A stretch of 64,000 nt of DNA from Myxococcota bacterium (GCA_039208735.1 JBCCQY010000007.1:32001-96000), one strand, 5' to 3'; positions 1-10,653 are shown, counted from the first letter of the stretch. Numbers and translations are program-made. The notes: a model not told the origin generated them from the letters alone.

Positions 1-1
1 G

Positions 2-535
2 CGGTACTACAACCCGCTGGCAAGGCGGGTTCGTGGCCTCGCAATTCCGACGATTGCCGCGGTGAATGGCGTGGCAGCCGGGGCTGGCGCCAACCTTGCG
101 CTGTGCTGCGACATCGTGGTGGCGGCACGGTCGGCCAAGTTCGTGCAGCCCTTCAACCGTCTGGGTGTCGTGCCCGACACGGGCGGCACCTTCACCCTGC
201 CTCGCCGAGTGGGCCAAGCCCGAGCCCGGGCCCTCATGCTCCTCGGAACGCCACTGCCCGCCGAACAGGCGCGGGATTGGGGCATGATCTGGGACGTCGT
301 CGACGATGCGGCGCTGGCGGCCCACGCCCGCGAACTCGCCACTTCGCTGGCCCAGCTTCCGACGGCAGGACTCGCCCTCATCAAGCGCGCCCTCGACGCC
401 TCGCCGGATCAGACGTTCGACCAACAACTCGACCTGGAGCGGGACCTCCAGCGCGAAGCCGGCCAAACGGACGACTTTCGGGAGGGCGTGGCGGCGTTTC
501 TCGAGAAGCGAAAGCCCCAGTTCCGCGGACGCTAG
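2..535 (+). CDS. paaG: Enoyl-CoA hydratase/isomerase, PaaG-like (5' truncated by window edge)
   Basis: Frame open from base 2: RYYNPLARRVRGLAIPTIAAVNGVAAGAGANLALCCDIV...GVVPDTGGT...DFREGVAAFLEKRKPQF, typical crotonase/PaaG motifs. Confidence 0.8.
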   Translation, partial: RYYNPLARRVRGLAIPTIAAVNGVAAGAGANLALCCDIVVAARSAKFVQPFNRLGVVPDTGGTFTLPRRVGQARARALMLLGTPLPAEQARDWGMIWDVVDDAALAAHARELATSLAQLPTAGLALIKRALDASPDQTFDQQLDLERDLQREAGQTDDFREGVAAFLEKRKPQFRGR

Positions 536-538
536 GCG

Positions 539-2296
539 TCAGCGGGGGTGCCCCATCATCGAAAACGACGCCCAGACCGCGGGCGAAGCGCCCTGCTGCC
601 GCAGATCGTCCGCCGCCCGACGAAGCGCCTCGGCGGGAGGCACCGCCTCGAGATGCGACAAGAACGACAGCATGAGGGCTTGGGTGCCTTCGTCGTCCAC
701 GTTCCAGAGGCTCATCACTACGCGAGGCACTCCAGACTTGTAGAACGACCTCGCGAGTCCGATGGTACCGGCGTCGACGTCTTGTCCCAGACCGGTCTGG
801 CAAGCCGACAGCACCGCCAATCGCGCCTTTCGTAGGTCCGCGGTGAGCACCTCGACCGCGGTCCACGGTCCCTGATTCAGCGCGATGAAGCTATCCCACA
901 GAGGGGCCTTTCGATCCGCCACCCCGTGGGTCGCAAGGTAGATCAAATCAGCGTTCTGGACCCCCGTGAGCACCCGGTCTCGCGTGGCCGCCTCCCCGAC
1001 CCACGCCTGCCCCCGAACGCGCGAAGCCACCGCCCGAGCCTCGGCTGCGGCCCCCGGCAAGGCGGGGAAGTCCCAGTCGGGAAAGTCACGGCTCGATAAA
1101 GTGGGATCTCCCACGATCAGCGGTGACGAAAACTCGGCCGACCACGCAGGTGGTGCGTCGGCCAATGCGACCAAATCGGGCGCGACGGTGACCGAATGGG
1201 AGGCCACGAACGGCTGCCCATCCACCTCAAGGGCGAACCACGGCAGTCGCCCGAGCGACCGCGTCGGCACGATCACGAGACTGTCCACGACCCCCAGCCG
1301 TTCCTGAACCACGCGGGGCAACACGGCGCTCGCCACCGCAGCGGACGATGCGGGAGGCACCTCGGGGGGCGCTCGAAGCAGGCCTCGCGGCGCCGGAGAC
1401 CGACTTACGGCATTGCCTCCCGCAAGGGCCACCACCATTCCGTCGGTGAGGGGATCGATCTCGCTCGGAGACAGCTCAAGCCGGGTGGCCACCGCCGGTC
1501 GGCCGGCCTCGTACCACGCGGCCATCAGGGCCCCTTCGACCTCGGCGTACACGAGGAGACCTGCCTCGGGGGGCAGCGCGAAAGCCTCGCGAGGCGGAGC
1601 GCCACCTTCGCCGGGAGCATGCACGCGTCCCAGCACCATTTCCGCCGGCAATGGCTGGCCATGGGCGTGAAGCAGGCGAGCCAGCGTGAGACGCTGCCGG
1701 TTTTCGTTGTTGAGCAACGTCGTGAGGGCCTTGGCCTGGACGTTGTCGGGGCTCTCCCACGCGATGGTTCGAGCCGCCTGGTACATCACCGTATCTTCGA
1801 GGATCTGCGGTTCTCGGGTGCCCACAACGCGCATCAGGATGTCACCCGGTTTGCCCGCCGCAACACACATGGACAGCGTCTTGCCAGGCGCAACGTGGTC
1901 GACCAGGTCCTCGATGAACAGGCCATCTTCACGGTACTCGATGAGGTGAGGAATGAACGGCTCATCGCTCACATTCTCAATGGTGAGTTCGAACTGGGTT
2001 CCCGTGGGACTCTCGACCACGCTTTGGGGGGTTCCTTGGCCCTTGCAACCGTGCGCTTCAGCCGAGGCCGCCCGAAGCTTCACGGCGAACACCTGGGCTT
2101 CGTACACCTCGGCCCGAGACCGGATCTGCTGGCCTTTGGCGTTGATGAGTTCGAGCCCCACCTGCCCAGCCAGCCGCAGCGGATCCGGCGCTTCGTAGGC
2201 CGCAGGCGCGGTCGGGGCCGGCGAAGCGACAGGGGACCGCCCGCAGCCGAGCAAGGCCCCCACCGCGGCCATCCCGATGGCGTAGAACCGAGTCAT
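539..2296 (-). CDS. CHAT-domain (caspase-like, clan CD) protease, probable lipoprotein
   Basis: LIYLATHG and LAVLSACQTG catalytic His/Cys motifs, VMSLWNVDD, WASF; lipobox-like MTRFYAIGMAAVGALLGC; ATG overlaps stop of upstream peptidase (ATGA). Confidence 0.85.
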   Translation of the reverse strand: MTRFYAIGMAAVGALLGCGRSPVASPAPTAPAAYEAPDPLRLAGQVGLELINAKGQQIRSRAEVYEAQVFAVKLRAASAEAHGCKGQGTPQSVVESPTGTQFELTIENVSDEPFIPHLIEYREDGLFIEDLVDHVAPGKTLSMCVAAGKPGDILMRVVGTREPQILEDTVMYQAARTIAWESPDNVQAKALTTLLNNENRQRLTLARLLHAHGQPLPAEMVLGRVHAPGEGGAPPREAFALPPEAGLLVYAEVEGALMAAWYEAGRPAVATRLELSPSEIDPLTDGMVVALAGGNAVSRSPAPRGLLRAPPEVPPASSAAVASAVLPRVVQERLGVVDSLVIVPTRSLGRLPWFALEVDGQPFVASHSVTVAPDLVALADAPPAWSAEFSSPLIVGDPTLSSRDFPDWDFPALPGAAAEARAVASRVRGQAWVGEAATRDRVLTGVQNADLIYLATHGVADRKAPLWDSFIALNQGPWTAVEVLTADLRKARLAVLSACQTGLGQDVDAGTIGLARSFYKSGVPRVVMSLWNVDDEGTQALMLSFLSHLEAVPPAEALRRAADDLRQQGASPAVWASFSMMGHPR

Positions 2297-4710
2297 CGGG
2301 AGGCGCTGGCTTGGTCCGACGAACCCTTCACATGCTCGTCGAACCACCGTAGCTGCTCCCACAACACGTGCTCGATGCTCTCGCGGGCTCGGTAGCCGTG
2401 GTCTTCGAAGGGCAACAACACGAGCCGTGCCGTGCCACCGGAGCCCCGGACCGCCTCGAAGAACACCTCGGACTGAAAGGTCAGGGTGCCGGGGTTGGAA
2501 TCGGCCCCGCCGTGAATGACGAGTACGGGCTCATCGACCTGGTCGGCGAAGAACGTTGGCGAAACCTGGATGTAGGTGTCGCGTGCCTCGAATAGCGTGC
2601 GTCGCTCGGACTGAAAGCCGAAGGGCTGCGTGGTCTTGTTGTACGAACCGCTCCGGGCGATGCCCGCCTTGAACAAGTCGGTGTGGGCGAGCAGGTTCGC
2701 CACCATCAGCCCCCCGTGGCTGTGGCCCACCACTCCGATCCGCTCAGGGTCGGCCACCCCGATTTCAATCGCTTTCGCCACCGCCGCCTCGGCGTCGGCG
2801 ACCAATTGATCGACAAAGGTGTCATAGACGGTTTCGGGGTCCCCCACCATCGGCATCGCCGTGCGGTGCAACACCGCGTAGCCCTGGAGCAAGAAGAACA
2901 TGTGAGATGCACCACCCATGCGCTCGAACCGATTGCTCGAGCCCCTCACCTGACCCGCCGTGCTCGGGTCCGAGTACTCGAGCGGGTAGGCGTACACCAC
3001 GGTCGGCAGTTTCTCGCCTTCTTGGTAGCCCGGCGGGAGGTACAGCTGGAAGGACAACGGAACGCCATCCTCCCGCTCGTACTTGACGATTCGCTTCTGG
3101 ATCTGGCGGAGCTGCGGGGTCGGGTCCGTAAACCGGGTGACTGGCGTCCGCTCCTGCGCCCAGCTCGCCTCACCCGCCTCCGCCTCGATGCGCTCCGTCA
3201 GGGTAGCAAGGTGGTAATTCGGAACTTCGGTCGGAGATTCAGAGCGAATGATGAACCGATCTTCACCGCCGGCAAACGCGGTGAACGTCTCAAACCGTTC
3301 CGCGTCGGCCCGAAACAGTCGTTCAACCTTCCCTGTCTTCATGTCACGCAGATCGAGGAAGGGACGGTCTCCCTGGGCGGTCGCCCCCGCACCACTGAAG
3401 TAGACCGCATTGCCCTTCTGGCGCAGCACCCACTGTCCGTTGTCGAGCGGACGATAGCGAGGCCGACCCGGCGACTGGTACCGGTCCTTTTCGTTGAGGT
3501 CGAACCAGGCTCGCGCCTTGCCGGTGTCGACGTTGAGAAGGTGCGTGTAGCGCCAACGTCGCATGCGTTCGCGTTCCGTGATCATCAAGGTCGACCCGTC
3601 TTCGGTCCATCCACCGCTCGAGATGATGCGATGCTTGGCCTTCCAGACCTGACGCGGGTTGCGCTTGAACGGAGCCTCGAGGCGCATCAGCCGGTCACGG
3701 TAGCGCGCTTCGGCCATGGGATCGCCGCCGTCGAGCGCCTCGACCCAGTACAGCGTGTGAGGCGCCGTCGCTCGCCAGGACACGGCGCGTGGCCCTTCGG
3801 CCACCCCTTGGATGGGCACCTCGTCCGCCACCGGAAGCGACGCCACGGTCGCAATTCGCTTGCCCCGCTTGTTCCAGACCTCGATCTCACTCGCAAACCG
3901 CCACCACGGCACCGCATGCGACCACGGGCCGACCAAACGCTCCACCAGCACGTACTTGCCATCCGGAGAGGGCTCAGCGGTGGCAAACACCGCCGGATCG
4001 CCAAGCGCCGTCCGTTTGTCCTTGCGGGGATCGAGGACGATCAGCTGCGAGGTTGCGTAGTAGTCGAACAGCGCATCATCGTGCGCGGTGACCAACAGGT
4101 TGCGCGATTCGTAGGTCGACCGGGCAGTGTCGCCACGACCTTCGAGCACTTCGGGACCGGCCGGGATCGGGGGAGGCGCAGGTTCGGCGCCGCGCTCCGG
4201 CACGGAAAGAATGAGCAGCCGCTCTTGGTCCGGCATCCACGACACGGCCCCGCCCATCGTGGGGTTGAGCACGAGATCCGGAATTTCTTTCAGGGTTCCT
4301 GTGACATCGCCCACCCACAACCTCACGTGGTCGGCGTGTTCGACGGTCAGCGCAAACTGCGTCCCATCAACGGTCCAGGCGACGGAATGCACCTCCGCCC
4401 CGTCCGGCAGATCCAGCGCTTGCTCAGCGCCGGTGTTCACCTCGACGAGGCGAGGGGAGGTAGCCCCCTGACGTCCGTGACGAAGGCCCAACCCCGGTTT
4501 GACACGAATCCCCGCAAGTTCGTGCCACCCTGCAGCGTACTCCGACAACGGTGGGTAGGTCACCGGATCGGCGAGAAGGAGATGATCGCCAGGGGGGGAA
4601 CTCCACACCCACGGCAGCGACGGGGCGTGCAGCACATCGAGGACCTCCTGCGGAGGCGACTGCCATTCCGTGGCGACCGCGGAGGTGGACAACAGCAACG
4701 ACAACAACAC
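2293..4710 (-). CDS. S9 family prolyl oligopeptidase/acylaminoacyl peptidase with signal peptide
   Basis: GHSHGG nucleophile motif, IHGGADSN, PFEDHGY; N-terminal beta-propeller region; hydrophobic signal peptide. Confidence 0.9.
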   Translation of the reverse strand: MLLSLLLSTSAVATEWQSPPQEVLDVLHAPSLPWVWSSPPGDHLLLADPVTYPPLSEYAAGWHELAGIRVKPGLGLRHGRQGATSPRLVEVNTGAEQALDLPDGAEVHSVAWTVDGTQFALTVEHADHVRLWVGDVTGTLKEIPDLVLNPTMGGAVSWMPDQERLLILSVPERGAEPAPPPIPAGPEVLEGRGDTARSTYESRNLLVTAHDDALFDYYATSQLIVLDPRKDKRTALGDPAVFATAEPSPDGKYVLVERLVGPWSHAVPWWRFASEIEVWNKRGKRIATVASLPVADEVPIQGVAEGPRAVSWRATAPHTLYWVEALDGGDPMAEARYRDRLMRLEAPFKRNPRQVWKAKHRIISSGGWTEDGSTLMITERERMRRWRYTHLLNVDTGKARAWFDLNEKDRYQSPGRPRYRPLDNGQWVLRQKGNAVYFSGAGATAQGDRPFLDLRDMKTGKVERLFRADAERFETFTAFAGGEDRFIIRSESPTEVPNYHLATLTERIEAEAGEASWAQERTPVTRFTDPTPQLRQIQKRIVKYEREDGVPLSFQLYLPPGYQEGEKLPTVVYAYPLEYSDPSTAGQVRGSSNRFERMGGASHMFFLLQGYAVLHRTAMPMVGDPETVYDTFVDQLVADAEAAVAKAIEIGVADPERIGVVGHSHGGLMVANLLAHTDLFKAGIARSGSYNKTTQPFGFQSERRTLFEARDTYIQVSPTFFADQVDEPVLVIHGGADSNPGTLTFQSEVFFEAVRGSGGTARLVLLPFEDHGYRARESIEHVLWEQLRWFDEHVKGSSDQASASR

Positions 4711-4836
4711 GAGCGCTCCCTCGAAACGGACTCGATTGTCTAACGAACGAAATGCATGTAGGGAACCGCAGGCTCAAGACCCCTGCGCCAGATACCACGC
4801 CGCGAGATGGATAAAGGTGCAAACGGAGCAACGGAG

Positions 4837-7560
4837 ATGGCGACGGACTCCATCTGGACGGTGATCGACGGTGAGGTCGACCTGAACCGGGGCGTTGTGG
4901 TGCGCCAGGGCGACGTGCACACCTTGACTACCCGCGAGCTTCAACTCCTCCGCTATCTCGTCACGAATGAGGGCGAAGCTGTGCATCGGGACGCTCTGCT
5001 ACGGGACGTCTGGGGATACCAGGGACGAATTCCCTCCACCCGGGCCCCCGACTTTGCGGTCCGCCGGCTGCGCAGCAAGATCGAACCCGACCCCTCGAAC
5101 CCTCAGCTCCTGCTTACCGTGCGGAACCATGGGTATCGGCTGGTTCGCCCCGCGACTACGGACCCGACCAGCCTCCCCATCAAGCCACAGCCACCTCAAT
5201 CAAGTCTGCCCCACCAGCATGATTCCTTCGTGGGTCGCCGTGAGTTGCTGGAGCAATTGCAGAACAGCCTTGCGCACACCACGGTCGTGACGCTGCTTGG
5301 TCCGGGAGGCTCGGGCAAGACCCGCATGGCCGTCCAATACGCCACCCTGCAAGCCGAAGAAGTCTGCTTTTGCGAGCTGTCCGGCATCGAGGATGTGGGC
5401 GGCCTGATGGCTTGTGTGGCGCATGTGCTCGGCGTGAGCACCCCAGACCCGGACCGAGATTCCTTGGGCCAAGTGCTTGAGGGAAGAGGCAAGGTCCTCG
5501 TCATCTTGGATGGCGCAGAAGGGCTGGCTTCAACGCTGAACGAACGGGTGGCCCACTGGCGCAGTCAAGCTCCCCAGGCTCGTTTCCTGCTCACGAGTCG
5601 GGTTCGGTTCCGGATGCCAGGGGAATTGGCACTGTTCGTGGGCCCGCTTGCGCCCGAAGAAGGGGCGGCCTTGTTCCGCGAGCGTGCGCGAACCGCAGGT
5701 GCTCCGCCGATCGGACCTGCCCATGAGCGCGCCCTGTCGGAACTCGTCTACCTCCTCGATGGGCTACCCCTTGCCATCGAACTCGCGGCCGCCCGAAGCC
5801 CCGTTCTGTCGCTCGAGGGGCTCGTGGCCAAGATGAGCGAACGCTTCAAGCTGCTCACCGAACGACGCGGCACGGGCTCCCACGCCACACTGCGAGCGGT
5901 CCTCGAAGCGTCCTGGTCGCGAACCGATGCCGAGTGCCGAGAGGCCCTGGCCCAGCTTTCCGTCTTTCCCGGTAGCTTTACCCTCGAAGCTGCCGAGGCG
6001 GTGGTCCGCGTCGAAAACGCCTGGACGATGGATCTGTTGGAACGCCTTGTTGATCAGAGCTTGGTGCGACTGCAGGACCGGGGACGTTTTCGCATGTTGC
6101 ACTCGGTTCGCGAGTTTGCTGCGGAGCACCTCGACGACCCCATCGCAGCGGAAGTCCGACACGGCCGCTACTACGCCGGCCTCGACGCCGAGCCCAACGC
6201 CATCGAAACCACCCAACCGGTGCTCGGCATCCGTCGCTTGGCGATGACCAACGAGCGTGAGAACCTCGTAACGGCCTGCCGAAGAGCCGTCGCCCGAGGC
6301 GATGGCGAGGTCGCACCCCAGGTCTTGAGCTGGCTCACCCATGTCGTGTCCATGCAGGGTGGGCGAGCCTTGCTTCGGGAGTTGACAGATCTGGTGGCCA
6401 CGGTGCCTGGCCTCACCCCCATCGGACAAGCCGCCATCGAAGGAGCCCGGGGCCTGCTGAAGGAGCTCAGCGCCCCCACCGAGACGATTCAACATTGGCG
6501 CGCGGAGCGGGACCTCAGCCTCGCCGGCGGACATGCCTACCGCGCCACAGGAGCGCTGGTGAGGTTGGCCCACAAGGTTCGCTGGCTGCAGGGCCACGAC
6601 GAGGCACGAGCCCTCTACAACCAGGCCATTGCCGAGGCTCAGGCCGTAGGCGCAGCTGAACTCGAAGCGCGGGCCCTCCACGGGTTGGGCCAGATTGCGC
6701 TTACGGAGTGGAAGCTGTCCGAGGCCAAAGAGTGGATGCAGCGCGCCATCGCGAGAAGCCGGGAAGGCCACCATCCGGCCTACGAAAGCCGCATTCAGTC
6801 CACGTTGGCCAAGCTGTCCGCAGCCCTTGGCGACCCGGAGCGCGCCGAACGGCTGCTACTCCGCGCCTTAGAGACCGCGGACCGGTACGGCGAAAGTGTT
6901 CATGCCGCGAGACTCGAGTGCGACATCGGCATGATGCGCCATATGCAGGGCGCGTTCGATGCTGCGACCGAGGCACTCGACCGGTCCCTGGAATCGGCTC
7001 GACGCCTGGGCTGCAGCCCCACCACCATCGCCACCGTCATCATCCGAAAGGCGTTTGGAGCCCTACTCCAAGGGAAGGACAACGAGGCCCGTGACCTTGC
7101 CGAACAGGGGCTCCAACGCATCGCCGGCTTCGCCCCTTCGTACCAGCAGGGATTAGGCCACTACATCGTCGCCATGGTGAGTCACCGTCGCGGAGAGGAG
7201 TCCCTCGCGGCGCAGGCGTGGCAACGGGGCATTGAGATCTGTGAAGCGGTCAACGAACCCTTGATTGCAGGCCATCATCGGTTGGCACGAGCCAGCCACC
7301 ATGCCTCACAGGGTCGCTTTGGGGCGGCTCACGCCGACCTCGACGCGGTCAAACAGACCCCTGCGAAATTCGATGATGGCTTTTTGTGGTCGCGTTGGTT
7401 GGCCGTGAAGGCCGAGGTCACCTGGTTGGAGGGCAACCACGACGCGGCCCATGAGTGGTTGGCCCAAGCCGAAGCAAAGCGGTGGCCCATGCGCTTCGAC
7501 GCCACGTCCGAGATCGAACGCGTGCGACGGATCCTTGCAGGGACCGCAACGACCCCATAG
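4837..7560 (+). CDS. OmpR-type winged helix + NB-ARC-like (STAND) ATPase + TPR regulator
   Basis: LTTRELQLLRYL...VRRLRSKIEPDPSNPQLLLTVRNHGY (wHTH); FVGR, GPGGSGKT Walker A, LDGLPLAIELAA; TPR-like helical C-terminus. Confidence 0.88.
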   Translation: MATDSIWTVIDGEVDLNRGVVVRQGDVHTLTTRELQLLRYLVTNEGEAVHRDALLRDVWGYQGRIPSTRAPDFAVRRLRSKIEPDPSNPQLLLTVRNHGYRLVRPATTDPTSLPIKPQPPQSSLPHQHDSFVGRRELLEQLQNSLAHTTVVTLLGPGGSGKTRMAVQYATLQAEEVCFCELSGIEDVGGLMACVAHVLGVSTPDPDRDSLGQVLEGRGKVLVILDGAEGLASTLNERVAHWRSQAPQARFLLTSRVRFRMPGELALFVGPLAPEEGAALFRERARTAGAPPIGPAHERALSELVYLLDGLPLAIELAAARSPVLSLEGLVAKMSERFKLLTERRGTGSHATLRAVLEASWSRTDAECREALAQLSVFPGSFTLEAAEAVVRVENAWTMDLLERLVDQSLVRLQDRGRFRMLHSVREFAAEHLDDPIAAEVRHGRYYAGLDAEPNAIETTQPVLGIRRLAMTNERENLVTACRRAVARGDGEVAPQVLSWLTHVVSMQGGRALLRELTDLVATVPGLTPIGQAAIEGARGLLKELSAPTETIQHWRAERDLSLAGGHAYRATGALVRLAHKVRWLQGHDEARALYNQAIAEAQAVGAAELEARALHGLGQIALTEWKLSEAKEWMQRAIARSREGHHPAYESRIQSTLAKLSAALGDPERAERLLLRALETADRYGESVHAARLECDIGMMRHMQGAFDAATEALDRSLESARRLGCSPTTIATVIIRKAFGALLQGKDNEARDLAEQGLQRIAGFAPSYQQGLGHYIVAMVSHRRGEESLAAQAWQRGIEICEAVNEPLIAGHHRLARASHHASQGRFGAAHADLDAVKQTPAKFDDGFLWSRWLAVKAEVTWLEGNHDAAHEWLAQAEAKRWPMRFDATSEIERVRRILAGTATTP

Positions 7561-7581
7561 GCCCTCCCCTGGAGGAAAGCG

Positions 7582-8637
7582 GTGGATGCTCCACAGCTAA
7601 CGACCCTTCGGGACTATGTGGGCCGAGGGTTGCTGTCCGCCCATGAGCAAGACGGGCTCGTCATCTTCAACTACACGCCTCGAACCATCTACGAACGGGC
7701 TTGGGATGTGGTCACGCTCCAAGCGCGGGGCCTCGTATTGGACGGCTCGACGGGAACGGTGCACGCTCGGCCGTGGCCCAAGTTTTTCAACCACAACGAA
7801 CCGGATGGTCACGTTCCGGACGGTGAGCCCAACGAAGTCACGATGAAGCTCGATGGGTCGTTGGGGATTGGGTACGTCGATGCGACGGGAACCCCTCGAT
7901 TCGCCACCCGCGGCCGATTCGATTCCCCTCAGGCTCAGACCGCAGAAGCGCTTTGGGCACGCGACCACTCCGGCCGTCGTTGGCCCGAGGCCGTCACTCC
8001 ACTTGTCGAAATCATCGACCCTTCGACCAAGGTCATCGTGCAATACGAATGGTCCGGACTCGTGCTCCTTGGCGTACGAGACCACAATGGGGACGATTGG
8101 CTACGGTCCGACGTGGAGACGCTTGCCAAAGACCTGGCCATGCGGGTGGTCGAAAGCGCACCGCTCGATCGTGCGGCCCTGACGGCCGCCGCCCAGGAAT
8201 TGGACCATCGCACGGAGGGATTTGTTGCGCGCTGGGGGTCCCCCAAGGCCGCCCACCGCGTGAAGTACAAATCCGCCGCCTACTTGGCGCTCGCGCGCGT
8301 GCTTTCGGGCATCACCGAGCGGTTCGTCGGAGATTGCTGGATCGCGAGGGTTCAGTTGCCCCCGGACGTTCCTGAAGAAACCCGGCAATGGTTCGATGAT
8401 GTGGTGGCCGACTTCGAAACCGAAGCCCAACGCTTGGCCGCAGAAATCGAAGCGCTGCACAACGCGCTGCGCATGGATCATCCGGGGCGGAAAGCGTTTG
8501 CCATCGCGGCTCGCGCTTATCCCTCCCGCATGGGTCTCCTCATGGCGCGGTACTCGGATCGTCCCCTGGACGTGCGGACGTTCGTCTATCGCGAACGCTT
8601 CGGCAACCACCCTAGGCCGGTTCCCTTGAAGGCGTGA
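7582..8637 (+). CDS. T4 Rnl1 (RnlA)-like RNA ligase
   Basis: IFNYT...ARGLVLD...ARPWPKFFN, motif I TMKLDGSLG (adenylated Lys), FATRGRFDS, EGFV, RVKYKS. Confidence 0.85.
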   Translation: MDAPQLTTLRDYVGRGLLSAHEQDGLVIFNYTPRTIYERAWDVVTLQARGLVLDGSTGTVHARPWPKFFNHNEPDGHVPDGEPNEVTMKLDGSLGIGYVDATGTPRFATRGRFDSPQAQTAEALWARDHSGRRWPEAVTPLVEIIDPSTKVIVQYEWSGLVLLGVRDHNGDDWLRSDVETLAKDLAMRVVESAPLDRAALTAAAQELDHRTEGFVARWGSPKAAHRVKYKSAAYLALARVLSGITERFVGDCWIARVQLPPDVPEETRQWFDDVVADFETEAQRLAAEIEALHNALRMDHPGRKAFAIAARAYPSRMGLLMARYSDRPLDVRTFVYRERFGNHPRPVPLKA

Positions 8638-8681
8638 ATTTTCGTCCATCCCCATCGCTTCGCTTGCGATAACGTCATGCC

Positions 8682-10622
8682 ATGTGGGGCCGCCGCGTCA
8701 TTCCTTGGCTGCTCAGTCCCGTCGGGCTGACGTTGGCTGCGGCTTCTTGGTCCGCCACACGGCTGGTGGGCGAGGTCAATCAGGTACGTAGTGAACTTGG
8801 CCAACGTGTCCGATGGCTCATCGACATTCAAACGGTGCTCGAGTCTGCAAGTTCCGAACCTCCGGACATCACCGAGCTGGAGGACGCGACTACGCGACTC
8901 CTGGCCACCCGAGAGGCATTCGAAACGGCGATTGCGGATGGAGAAGAGACGCAGGAGGCCGTTTCTACCCTGATGTTGGGTCTCGATGAGCGCCCCTTAC
9001 CCGCCATCATCGAGCCAGCCAGCCACACCCTCGTTCGCGCGCTTCGGGCCCAGACAGCTTCGATTTCGTCCCAACTGGACGGCTATTGGGATCACCTCGG
9101 TCAACTCGTCGCATGGTCTGTGACCCTTTCGGTTGCCATCATGGGCCTTTGCGTTTGGATCTTGGTGAGCCGTGCTCGCGAGGAGCGGCTGTCTGAGAAG
9201 CTTCGTCGGTTGACCGCCCAGCAGCTCGCCGCACGCTCCCAAGCCAACCTCGAGCAGATCATGGCCACCATGCCGGTGGGCGTCGCGATTCAGGCCGAAG
9301 GCGTGATGGTGTATGCCAACTCGCGGCTGGCGCACCTCTTGCACGCGGGAAGCCCAGACGCCCTGGTGGGTCGTCCGTTGCAGGTTGACGCCTCCATCGA
9401 TGTTTCGGAGCCCGTCGACATTCGGTGGGACGGTGCGCCGGCTACGCTCGTGGTGGTCCGCGACCTCTCGGAGTGGAACGCCCTGCAAGCCCAGTTGCGC
9501 CTTGCCGATCGCATGGCCTCGGTCGGCACGATGGCTTCCGGCGTCGCCCATGAAATCAACAACCCGTTGACCTACGTGGTGCTTCATCTCGACGAATTGA
9601 CCCGCATCGTGTCCGGCAATCCCGAGGCCGGAAACCTGCTCCAGCCGGTTCGGCAGGGAATCGACCGTGTTCGGCAGGTCGTTCGGGATCTCTCGACGCT
9701 CGCGCGGAGCAGCACCGAGACCGAGGCCACGACCCATGACCTCATGGGGCTGCTCCATTCCACAGCCCGAATGGCTACTTACCCTCAACGGCACTCCGTT
9801 GAAATCGACGTTCGGGGGAGTCCGGTGCCCCCCGTCAATGGGAACGAGGCTCGCCTGGGACAAGTGTTCTTGAACCTGATGGTGAATGCGGTGCAGGCCA
9901 TCTCAGCGCATGCCCCCGAAGGACGAGGACGCGTTGAGGTGCGCGTCTCCAAGGCGTCCGACGACGTGGTCTTGGTGGAGGTGTCTGACAACGGACCGGG
10001 CATCTCTTCTGCCGACCTGGAGCATCTGTTCGATCCCTTCTTCACGACCAAGCCGGTAGGGGAAGGCACCGGTCTGGGGCTGTTCATCTGCCATCGCATT
10101 GTCAAGGAGACCGGCGGGCGCATCGAAGTGGTGTCTCCGCCGGGCCGGGGGGCCACCTTCCGCGTTGAGCTGCCGGTGGCTGACCGTGAGGCGGCGGTTG
10201 CGGATCGGCCCCCGAGCTACTCGCTTCCTCCCGAGCGCAACCTCGTCGTGCTGGTTCTCGACGACGAACCCCTGGTGGGTCGAGCCCTCGCACGGCTGCT
10301 GTACCAGCATGAAGTCGTGGTGGCGCAGTCGGTCCGAGAAGCCCGCGATGCGATCGCCAATAGGCCCGTTGACGTCGTGCTTTGCGACCTTCACCTGCCC
10401 GACGAGCCAGGCCGCAACTTCTATGCGCACCTCGAGACCACCGACCCCGAACTCGCATCGCGCGTGTTGTTCATGACCGGAGGACCCCTCACTCGGGCCG
10501 ACGAAGCGCTCCTCGAAGAAACGAACCAGCCCACCCTCGAAAAGCCTGTGGAACCAGGGCTTCTCGAGGCGGCTATCGAGCAGATGGCGCGGTCAAGCTT
10601 TGAAGGTGAACAACGGCCGTAG
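8682..10622 (+). CDS. Membrane hybrid sensor histidine kinase/response regulator
   Basis: Two TM segments, H-box AHEINNPL, QVFLNLMVNA, DNGPG, FFTTKPVGEGTGLGL, C-terminal receiver (VLDDEP, LCDLHLP, EKP). Confidence 0.92.
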   Translation: MWGRRVIPWLLSPVGLTLAAASWSATRLVGEVNQVRSELGQRVRWLIDIQTVLESASSEPPDITELEDATTRLLATREAFETAIADGEETQEAVSTLMLGLDERPLPAIIEPASHTLVRALRAQTASISSQLDGYWDHLGQLVAWSVTLSVAIMGLCVWILVSRAREERLSEKLRRLTAQQLAARSQANLEQIMATMPVGVAIQAEGVMVYANSRLAHLLHAGSPDALVGRPLQVDASIDVSEPVDIRWDGAPATLVVVRDLSEWNALQAQLRLADRMASVGTMASGVAHEINNPLTYVVLHLDELTRIVSGNPEAGNLLQPVRQGIDRVRQVVRDLSTLARSSTETEATTHDLMGLLHSTARMATYPQRHSVEIDVRGSPVPPVNGNEARLGQVFLNLMVNAVQAISAHAPEGRGRVEVRVSKASDDVVLVEVSDNGPGISSADLEHLFDPFFTTKPVGEGTGLGLFICHRIVKETGGRIEVVSPPGRGATFRVELPVADREAAVADRPPSYSLPPERNLVVLVLDDEPLVGRALARLLYQHEVVVAQSVREARDAIANRPVDVVLCDLHLPDEPGRNFYAHLETTDPELASRVLFMTGGPLTRADEALLEETNQPTLEKPVEPGLLEAAIEQMARSSFEGEQRP

Positions 10623-10653
10623 CCGAGCGACGATGTGGAAGGGCTCACCTGCC

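Noticed and set aside
2683..4743. 686-aa plus-strand ORF
   Set aside because: Antisense shadow of the S9 peptidase, with no recognisable domain
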